Part shown: positions 14,804 to 20,956 of the stretch, piece by piece
Numbering within the stretch: position 1 is the stretch's first letter
Layout of the letters: each line of letters begins with the position of its first letter
Assembly (NCBI GenBank): GCA_034716495.1
Contig: JAYEHV010000029.1
Location: 1-37,295, forward strand
Origin: Nanobdellota archaeon
GTDB taxonomy: Archaea > Nanobdellota > Nanobdellia > Pacearchaeales > GW2011-AR1
DNA: 37,295 nucleotides
Direction of reading: 5' to 3'
Position numbers and translations under genes: made by a program
The notes under the pieces: model-generated
Seen by the model: the letters and a program-made list of their open reading frames with translations, nothing else
The model's database searches: none
Told to the model about the DNA's origin: nothing

Positions 14804-15730
14804 TTAATTCTCCTCGTAGAAATTAGTTAGAACTTTATAGGTTAGGTGATCAAATACTTTATATACCCGATCTTCAAAGATTTCTTTAGCAATTTTATAT
14901 TCTTCAGGATATTTTTCTTTATTAGAGCTATAAAAACCATAATCATCAAAATTTAGCTCTTTTAGATCTCCATTTGTTAGAGTTAAAGCGCGTTTTAACA
15001 CAAAATCTAAAAACTCTCCCAATCCCTCATTAACTTTCTTTTGCTTGGATTGATTGAACGAATGACATTTCTCAATTAAACCAAATGCTTTTTGAAAAGC
15101 GCCACTCCAACCACCACCGGTCTTAAGGCTTCCGCCCCATACAGAAGGTAAATGCTTAAGGATTGCTTGATTCTCTTCTTTTTGTCGATTTTGCGCAAGA
15201 TAAATCATTACCTTTAGCTTTAATAAAAATGCTAAAGGAATATCTGAGGATTGCTTTAAGTAGGCTTTTATTCCGTCTAATTCTGTTATATCTGTTAATG
15301 CTTTTTTTTCTTCAGGAACAAATTTCTTTTTTTGATGAGTGGTCATCAATCTTTTTGATGAGTGGTCATCAATCTGCTTTATTGGTTTTTTTGTTTTAGG
15401 TTTAATTTTCACTGCGCCCTTCTTTATTTCAAGGTTTTCTTGGTTAGGTTGCTCTTGCTTTTTTTGATGAGTCCTCGGTTTTTTTGATGAGTGGTCATCA
15501 ATCTTAGGATTATTTTCTACAAAGGTAGTTAATGCCCTACCCTCGCGCTCTTGAGTTATTATGACTAATTTTAGTTCTTCTAATGGTTTAATATATCTAG
15601 TGCCTAAATTACCTAAACCGATCTTGGTTTCTTTGGATAATTCTGTTAAAGAAAGAGCTTTAGAGTGCTTTTTTAAAGCATCTATTATCTTTTGCTCATT
15701 TTTTTTTAATTTTCGTCCTGAACTATTCAA
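14804..15730 (-). CDS. wHTH protein with lysine-rich repeat linker (hosts the palindromic DNA repeats) and a GGGWSGA-motif C-terminal domain
   Basis: 308 aa. The N-terminal IIDALKKHSKALSLTELSKETKIGLGNLGTRYIKPLEELKLVII is a wHTH. The linker repeats IDDHSSKKPRTHQKK and IDDHSSKRLMTTHQKKK. KTGGGWSGAFQKAFGLIEK lies at 15068-15124. Confidence 0.65.
   Translation of the reverse strand: MNSSGRKLKKNEQKIIDALKKHSKALSLTELSKETKIGLGNLGTRYIKPLEELKLVIITQEREGRALTTFVENNPKIDDHSSKKPRTHQKKQEQPNQENLEIKKGAVKIKPKTKKPIKQIDDHSSKRLMTTHQKKKFVPEEKKALTDITELDGIKAYLKQSSDIPLAFLLKLKVMIYLAQNRQKEENQAILKHLPSVWGGSLKTGGGWSGAFQKAFGLIEKCHSFNQSKQKKVNEGLGEFLDFVLKRALTLTNGDLKELNFDDYGFYSSNKEKYPEEYKIAKEIFEDRVYKVFDHLTYKVLTNFYEEN
15332..15372. 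repeat. Two tandem copies (23-bp period) of the perfect 18-bp palindrome TTGATGAGTGGTCATCAA
   Basis: Copies at 15332-15349 and 15355-15372. Each is a 7-bp inverted repeat (TTGATGA/TCATCAA) around GTGG, with conserved flanks ttt...tct. Confidence 0.9.
15464..15501. repeat. Half-site TTGATGAGT (15464-15472) plus a third full copy of the palindrome (15484-15501)
   Basis: Exact third copy of TTGATGAGTGGTCATCAA, about 130 bp from the tandem pair. The left half-arm recurs 20 bp upstream of it. Confidence 0.85.
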
Positions 15731-15935
15731 CCTTTCTTGTATCCTCTTTTACATTCGCGTTTAATTTGAGTTTCTTGATTTCTTGGTATTTCTCATCTAA
15801 AAGTAATCGAATAACTGATGTACTTGTTCTTTTTTTGTACCAAGATTTCACAACTTCGAGCTTTTCTTGATCTTCGCTTTTTAGATTCAATCTAATTTCT
15901 AAATTTTCACTAGAATCCTTCTTTTCATCAGCCAT
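15723..15935 (-). CDS. RHH-like protein, first gene of the left array
   Basis: 70 aa. LEIRLNLKSEDQEKLEVVKSWYKKRTSTSVIRLLLDEKY fits strand-helix-helix. Preceded by a 250-bp AT-rich non-coding region. Confidence 0.5.
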   Translation of the reverse strand: MADEKKDSSENLEIRLNLKSEDQEKLEVVKSWYKKRTSTSVIRLLLDEKYQEIKKLKLNANVKEDTRKVE

Positions 15936-16120
15936 AGTAAATCCACTTTTTTTCCGTTTTTTTAGGAGTTTTTTTTGTTGTAATTTTAGTTTATTTTTTA
16001 ACTATTTAAACTCTTCCATCGAAACTCCATCCATGCTACAAAAAGTACGGAGGATCAAAGATAAATAAGAAAAAAGACAGTAATATTTTATAAAAACAAA
16101 TCTTAAAAGAAGTATAAGGC

Positions 16121-16147
16121 TTAATTAATTACATATATTAATTAATT
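16121..16147. promoter_or_regulatory. Twin TTAATTAATT boxes (17-bp spacing) flanking a TATA-like ACATATA; candidate operator/promoter of the plus-strand RHH gene
   Basis: TTAATTAATT occurs at 16121-16130 and 16138-16147. Each contains the palindrome TTAATTAA. They lie 38-64 nt upstream of the ATG at 16185. Chance occurrence in AT-rich DNA is not excluded. Confidence 0.3.
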
Positions 16148-16184
16148 CATTAAATCAAATACTCTAATGTAAAAAGGTAATTTC

Positions 16185-16358
16185 ATGCCGGATATTGAAG
16201 ATGAAGAGAAAAAGGAAAGAGAGCTAAGAGTTTTACTAAAGAATAAATATTTTGCTAAACTTGAAATTATTAAGGATTTTTTAGGGATTGAAAATAACGC
16301 TGATATTATTCGATATTTAATTACTAAAGAATCAAGAGATATTGAAAAAACGTCATAA
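16185..16358 (+). CDS. Small RHH-like protein (57 aa); the only credible plus-strand gene
   Basis: MPDIEDEEKKERELRVLLKNKYFAKLEIIKDFLGIENNADIIRYLITKESRDIEKTS. AAGGT lies 6 nt upstream of the ATG. Strand-helix-helix pattern similar to 15723..15935. Below the track cutoff. Confidence 0.45.
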   Translation: MPDIEDEEKKERELRVLLKNKYFAKLEIIKDFLGIENNADIIRYLITKESRDIEKTS

Positions 16359-16501
16359 TTCGATAAATTTCAAAATGGATTATAAAACAAAATTAGGTAT
16401 TTTAAGGTAAGCCGACAATAATGGATCTTAAAAAATTATTACGAGTTGAAACTATTGAAATCTTAAGAAATAAAGATAATTTTGAAAAAAGAAAATCGTA
16501 A

Positions 16502-16696
16502 TTATAGTTGAAGTCCTATTGAGCTATAAAGCTCTTTTTGGTATTCTACTAAATTACGTAAATCTTGAATAATAAGCGCTCCAAGCTCTATATTTCTGTC
16601 TTTAGCAACTCTTTCTAACTTATTATGTAGTGTAATCGGAATATCTAAACATACCGGTTCCGTTTGCTTCTTTTGTACTGACTCGTTTTTGATTAT
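16502..16696 (-). CDS. RHH protein (64 aa) with no canonical start codon anywhere in frame; apparent ATA start
   Basis: The frame is open from the TAA at 16702-16700 to the TAA at 16504-16502 and contains no in-frame ATG/GTG/TTG (checked triplet by triplet). ATA at 16696-16694 lies 6 nt after GGGGA (16707-16703). Encodes (I)IKNESVQKKQTEPVCLDIPITLHNKLERVAKDRNIELGALIIQDLRNLVEYQKELYSSIGLQL, a clear strand-helix-helix pattern. Confidence 0.5.
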   Translation of the reverse strand: MIKNESVQKKQTEPVCLDIPITLHNKLERVAKDRNIELGALIIQDLRNLVEYQKELYSSIGLQL

Positions 16697-16747
16697 TTTT
16701 TATCCCCAATCCCTATTTTTGGTTTTAGATAATTTTGATAAAAATTG

Positions 16748-16759
16748 GTATTATATATA
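16748..16759 (-). promoter_or_regulatory. TATA-like box (GTATATATAATA on minus strand) upstream of the ATA-start RHH gene
   Basis: Lies 52-63 nt upstream of the proposed start. The position is compatible with an archaeal TATA box plus a short SD-containing leader. Sequence-only guess. Confidence 0.25.
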
Positions 16760-16874
16760 CTTTCAGCTTACTTTAGCTTCTGGGGGGCAGAGAGGGGTGA
16801 GTAAAAGTAAAAATAAAACTTTTTTATTCCAAAATTGAGTAGTTTTTGGGCCAGAAACATGAGAGATTTTAATT

Positions 16875-16988
16875 AAAAAAGGAGAGATCGGGAGGAGATT
16901 AGTGGAAAACTTGAGGATGTGAATATATAGTATGGCAGACTATTATGACAGCTCGATTTTATTATTTTGCTCTCCTCCTTGCGATCTC
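16875..16988 (-). terminator. Long-range hairpin (8-bp + 6-bp stems) followed by T6, just downstream of the right array
   Basis: GGAGGAGA (16891-16898) pairs with TCTCCTCC (16971-16978). GAGATC (16884-16889) pairs with GATCTC (16983-16988). On the minus-strand transcript the 3' arm is followed by CTCC and then TTTTTT (16880-16875). This is the only G+C-rich patch in the window. Confidence 0.35.
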
Positions 16989-16995
16989 ATGTCTT

Positions 16996-18711
16996 TTATG
17001 ATAATACTATTAACCTATCTATTACGGAATACAGGAAGAACTCAGTTAATTTACGATAAAATGCATATCCAAACATATTTATTGTCCATGTCTCATATTG
17101 GCTTTTATGATTGATTAAGTCAATTACTCCCGCCTCACGACCGTACCAATATCGAAACCAACGCCATTTATAGATATACACTCTATCCATGTCAAAATGC
17201 CTACATATATCCAGATCTAATTTATATTCTTTATTTTTCACATAGTCGGTATCTCTAAACTCATAATCAAATGTACCGATAAACATAAATCTCTTTGCCC
17301 TTGGTACATTAACCTCTGTGCTTTCTCTTTCAAATTTAACTAAAGAATAAAAATCTTGGATCGGTTGAGTAGGTTGATTAGCGCTATATAATAATTCTGA
17401 CTCATCAGAAATATAGTCATATTCTTGTAGATTACCCAAGAGTAAGGTATAAAGATTTAGAGCAGGGGAGGTTCTATAAACCATTGAAACAGAATAATCC
17501 CAGTTCAAATCGAGCTGATAGATATTTTGAGTTAGGAGATTATAATCTCTATCTCCATCCAATTGATCTTGTATTGAAGGTAATTTTATAATTCCTGCCT
17601 CTTTGCCATCGTCTTGAATGGCTTTGATAAAAAGACTTAAATTGGTTCTTGCAATCTCTATCTCCTCATCTGACGTAAGCGCAGAGAACAAATATAGCCC
17701 AGAGGATGCCTCCTCCTCTAAGTCATTCACTAAATTAATTGGTGTTTCCGCATCTACTTCGATAAAATCGACATAGGACCAAATACCATTCGCAATCCCC
17801 CACGCACGGATCTTTAGATAATATTGGTGAAAATATTGCGCATTATGAATACTGCAATAAAACTCTCCATCGCCTCCAATAGAAATCCCAAAATTAACGG
17901 AGTGATTTATGAGGTAATTCATTCTGTTTAAAAGCTTACTTGTGTAAGAAGAGCTATCAATATTTCTGGCGCGAAATACCATTGAATATGCAATATTATT
18001 TGCAGACCATCTATCCAATGTAGCGTTATCTGTTGGACATATATCAGGGGCCCCCCAAAATACTATTTGTGGATTGTTTTTAGGGGCAATAACAATTACT
18101 CGAATAGGTAAAATCATTAGGAAACTGCTTATAATAATACTTAGAATTAATCCTAATCGAAGATAAGGGTGGAGCTTAATCTTACGCTCGTTTCTTATCC
18201 TAATTAACTTAAATGAAAGAAGAGTTGCGTAAAGCGAGGGAATAAATAGGATGGAGAACTCTATGACTGTGAGGAAAGCGGGTTTTTGATGAAAGATCAA
18301 GCAAAACCCTGCAAATACTAACGCATTAAACAGGAGTAAAATAAGTTTTATCGTGCCTTTACCGTAAAACTTCGCTATAAATATAGAAGATACTATAGTT
18401 GCTACAAATAATCCTAAATATATTAATTCGATTAATGACGTAGGTAATGTTAATAAGAAAAATCCTAATACTACTCCAGATATGCTAATAAAGATTAGAG
18501 AAAGATACACTCTGAAGGAGCGTTTAGTTAATATGAAATAGATAAAAATAATCAATACCCCTCCATAAATAATCTCAACGAGGATTAAATCAATAATAGA
18601 GAACTCAGGAGAAAAAACAAAAAAAAGGGAGAAAATACTAATTTGAACTATTGCGAAGAAATATCCTGTAAGTAATGTTAGAATTATTTTATTCACTAAT
18701 AGTTTATTCAT
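16996..18711 (-). CDS. Polytopic membrane protein with a large C-terminal soluble domain, function unknown
   Basis: 571 aa. The first ~215 aa form about 8 hydrophobic helices (e.g. ILTLLTGYFFAIVQISIFSLFFVF, GGVLIIFIYFIL). The remaining ~350 aa are Trp/Tyr/Asp-rich and non-hydrophobic. Confidence 0.7.
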   Translation of the reverse strand: MNKLLVNKIILTLLTGYFFAIVQISIFSLFFVFSPEFSIIDLILVEIIYGGVLIIFIYFILTKRSFRVYLSLIFISISGVVLGFFLLTLPTSLIELIYLGLFVATIVSSIFIAKFYGKGTIKLILLLFNALVFAGFCLIFHQKPAFLTVIEFSILFIPSLYATLLSFKLIRIRNERKIKLHPYLRLGLILSIIISSFLMILPIRVIVIAPKNNPQIVFWGAPDICPTDNATLDRWSANNIAYSMVFRARNIDSSSYTSKLLNRMNYLINHSVNFGISIGGDGEFYCSIHNAQYFHQYYLKIRAWGIANGIWSYVDFIEVDAETPINLVNDLEEEASSGLYLFSALTSDEEIEIARTNLSLFIKAIQDDGKEAGIIKLPSIQDQLDGDRDYNLLTQNIYQLDLNWDYSVSMVYRTSPALNLYTLLLGNLQEYDYISDESELLYSANQPTQPIQDFYSLVKFERESTEVNVPRAKRFMFIGTFDYEFRDTDYVKNKEYKLDLDICRHFDMDRVYIYKWRWFRYWYGREAGVIDLINHKSQYETWTINMFGYAFYRKLTEFFLYSVIDRLIVLS

Positions 18712-18723
18712 ATTTTATCACCT

Positions 18724-18870
18724 TTATGCTGATTTATTACTAACGATCTTTCGATCTAAATTCTTATTCCGACCTCTGGGCGCGGTTTTCTCAAAAGTTA
18801 GTTTTCTTTTTTTTCCCTTAACTTTTTTAATTTCTGTCCATTGGTCTCCTACTTTTCTTTTCTTTGCCAT
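18724..18870 (-). CDS. Small, highly basic protein (48 aa)
   Basis: MAKKRKVGDQWTEIKKVKGKKRKLTFEKTAPRGRNKNLDRKIVSNKSA. AAGGTG lies 8 nt upstream of the ATG. Fills the gap between 18711 and 18891. Below the track cutoff. Confidence 0.45.
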   Translation of the reverse strand: MAKKRKVGDQWTEIKKVKGKKRKLTFEKTAPRGRNKNLDRKIVSNKSA

Positions 18871-18890
18871 TTCTTTTACACCTTTTTTGT

Positions 18891-20306
18891 TTATTTTGCT
18901 AAAGCAGCCATTTCTTCGGTAATTTTTATTAGTTCTAATTCAAATTCTTCTTTCTTTGGTGATTCAAATTCTATTATATCTTGAATTTCTAATTCTGGTA
19001 AGTCTTCGTATATCTTCTCAAAGTTTCTAGCTGTTTTAAGATCTATAGGATATTCTCCAAGATAATTTTCTTTGAGCCTCTTCTCCTCTTCAATAGAGAG
19101 TTGCCGACCTAATTGATTTTCAATATCTTCTAATATCCACTCATATTGAATTTTAACTCGTTCAATATATTGATCATTATTAGGGCTTGAAACGGTAAAT
19201 ATTTCGGGATTTCCTTTCATCGCATGATGGTGATATTCGGGCGATTCCTCATATATTTCTTTATACTGGTAGTAATTTTCTATTTCAGCAGAGGTATAAC
19301 CTTCTGAAATTAAACCTTTAATTTCATCCTCTTGGTGTTTTATCATTGCTCTTCCATATTTTTCTCCACTCCAAATGGATTGGTCAGGTATTAGTCCTTC
19401 TGCTTGTAAGTGATTTATCTCGTTGAATACTCTTAATCCAATAGGATCTCCGCTAGGAGTAAAATGATAAGCAGTTTCCATCGCTTCTTGCCTGTTCGCG
19501 TTTTTCAATCTTTCGTCTTCACTTTTATAAATTCCCCTAATTATTTTATTAATAGCATTTTTGTATCCGGTACTTTCCCATTGTGCTACTGCTTTAGTGA
19601 AGGTTTTTGCAGGATCTCCATGTGTTCTATTGTAAGCTTCAATTAGGATTTTTTCTTGTTGTTCTCTCGTTAATCCCATCGCATCTAAGTTTTTAAAAAC
19701 TCTTAATTTCGCTTGTAAAGTTGATACTTTTAAACCGTCATTATAAACTAAGTCTTTTGCGGTCTCAGTTATTACAGTTTTCTTATTTAACCATTCGGAA
19801 TACGCCAATGTATATCCATCATCTAATATCGGCATTAAACCCGTTTCTTCTTCATAGCGTTTTTGATTCTTCTTTGACTCAGGTTTTAATTTCTCAATAT
19901 GAGTCATTGAACGAATAAATCTTCCATCAGGATCAGCCTCGTAAATATAACCTTCATACATTACCATTTGATATGGTAATCCTAGTATTGGTGGTTTATC
20001 TACTGCGGGAGGAATATACCCATCTAACCCATACACATCGTAATAATTGGGTTTATCTTTCCAAAACTTATTTGGAATCGCAAACATTAGTCTCGCATTC
20101 TTTTTCCTATCCATCGTAATGGACCGAGAGGATCTGCTTTCAAACAAGTTTTCTGCTTTCCCTCTGATTATTCTCCTTTTCATTTTGCTAATTGCTTCTT
20201 CATTACGCCAATAACCTTGACTATGAGGAGGTACATTAACGGTTTTTCCCTTACGAATATAACTAAAACCTTTTTTCTTTTTTTGCTCTTTTAGTTTTTT
20301 AGGCAT
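18891..20306 (-). CDS. Protein with the shared basic N-terminal module; remainder unknown
   Basis: 471 aa. N-terminus KKKKGFSYIRKGKTVNVPPHSQGYW...RGKAENLF (about 20142-20306) aligns with the N-termini of the next three large upstream genes. Confidence 0.65.
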   Translation of the reverse strand: MPKKLKEQKKKKGFSYIRKGKTVNVPPHSQGYWRNEEAISKMKRRIIRGKAENLFESRSSRSITMDRKKNARLMFAIPNKFWKDKPNYYDVYGLDGYIPPAVDKPPILGLPYQMVMYEGYIYEADPDGRFIRSMTHIEKLKPESKKNQKRYEEETGLMPILDDGYTLAYSEWLNKKTVITETAKDLVYNDGLKVSTLQAKLRVFKNLDAMGLTREQQEKILIEAYNRTHGDPAKTFTKAVAQWESTGYKNAINKIIRGIYKSEDERLKNANRQEAMETAYHFTPSGDPIGLRVFNEINHLQAEGLIPDQSIWSGEKYGRAMIKHQEDEIKGLISEGYTSAEIENYYQYKEIYEESPEYHHHAMKGNPEIFTVSSPNNDQYIERVKIQYEWILEDIENQLGRQLSIEEEKRLKENYLGEYPIDLKTARNFEKIYEDLPELEIQDIIEFESPKKEEFELELIKITEEMAALAK

Positions 20307-20323
20307 TTTAATTTCCTTTTTTT

Positions 20324-20503
20324 TTATAATAATGGTTTTGCTTTGCCCTTTTTTATTTTAGATTTAATTTGTTTTGGTAAATCTGTCTTAATACGGCCCC
20401 CATCTTCTTGAAACCGTTTTTTATAAAAATTATAATCTTGAATGATTTCATTCTGAAGGGCTTGGTTTTTTAGTTTTAATTCTAACTTTTCTGATTCTGA
20501 CAT
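20324..20503 (-). CDS. Small coiled-coil/basic protein (59 aa)
   Basis: MSESEKLELKLKNQALQNEIIQDYNFYKKRFQEDGGRIKTDLPKQIKSKIKKGKAKPLL. GGAG lies 5 nt upstream of the ATG. One residue below the track cutoff. Confidence 0.45.
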   Translation of the reverse strand: MSESEKLELKLKNQALQNEIIQDYNFYKKRFQEDGGRIKTDLPKQIKSKIKKGKAKPLL

Positions 20504-20521
20504 ATTCTCCGCTAAATTTGA

Positions 20522-20923
20522 TTATTTAGATTCAAAAAATAATTCTACTTTTGTGGTTTTAGATAGCTTCTTAAGAGCGCTTGATTCTAAGTTAGAATCC
20601 TCCGCCCCTTCTTCTCTCTTTTCTTGTATTTCTTGAATTTCACTCATTTCTCCTTCCGCTAACTTCTCAATCTCTTCTAAGCCATAACCTTGATCCAATA
20701 ATTTTATTATTTCTGCTTCGGTTTCTAATGATAAAACATCAGGGTTCTGATCAATCAATTGTTTTGCAGCACCACTCATAACTTTTGACTTGGCTTTTTG
20801 CGTTATTCGGGGATTCTTAACATTATATGTTTGAGAATGCTTAGAAACCCATTCCTTTTTGCCATGTCTCGTTCTATAATACCCTTCTTTTTCTTTTTTT
20901 TCTTTTACCATAGCTTTTTTCAC
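20522..20923 (-). CDS. Minimal member of the shared-N-terminal-module family (module plus acidic tail)
   Basis: 133 aa. KKEKEGYYRTRHGKKEWVSKHSQTYNV...SGAAKQLI, followed by an acidic Glu-rich C-terminal half. Confidence 0.6.
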   Translation of the reverse strand: MKKAMVKEKKEKEGYYRTRHGKKEWVSKHSQTYNVKNPRITQKAKSKVMSGAAKQLIDQNPDVLSLETEAEIIKLLDQGYGLEEIEKLAEGEMSEIQEIQEKREEGAEDSNLESSALKKLSKTTKVELFFESK

Positions 20924-20956
20924 TTTTTTCTATTCTTAAAATTTTTTAAAAAAAAA

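Noticed and set aside
15330-15505. The possibility that the 23-24-nt repeats are a CRISPR array
   Set aside because: There are only two directly abutting copies plus one distant copy, with no regular repeat-spacer periodicity. The repeats lie inside an intact ORF and no cas genes are present.
16421-16501. 26-aa plus-strand mini-ORF (MDLKKLLRVETIEILRNKDNFEKRKS) after the plus-strand RHH gene
   Set aside because: It is too short to evaluate, the SD spacing is poor (about 12 nt), and it abuts the stop of the convergent RHH gene. It is noted only as a possibility.
16780-16930. tRNA or another known small RNA in the G+C-rich patch
   Set aside because: There is no acceptor-stem pairing, no GTTCRA-type T-loop and no cloverleaf arrangement. 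The purine blocks are better explained as hairpin arms or SD-like sequence. A novel ncRNA cannot be excluded but is unsupported.
16932-17114. 60-aa plus-strand ORF preceded by SD-like GGGAGGAG
   Set aside because: It overlaps the 3' end of the 571-aa membrane protein gene by 119 nt. The SD-like sequence is too far away (about 35 nt) and is better explained as one arm of the hairpin. The composition is shadow-frame-like.
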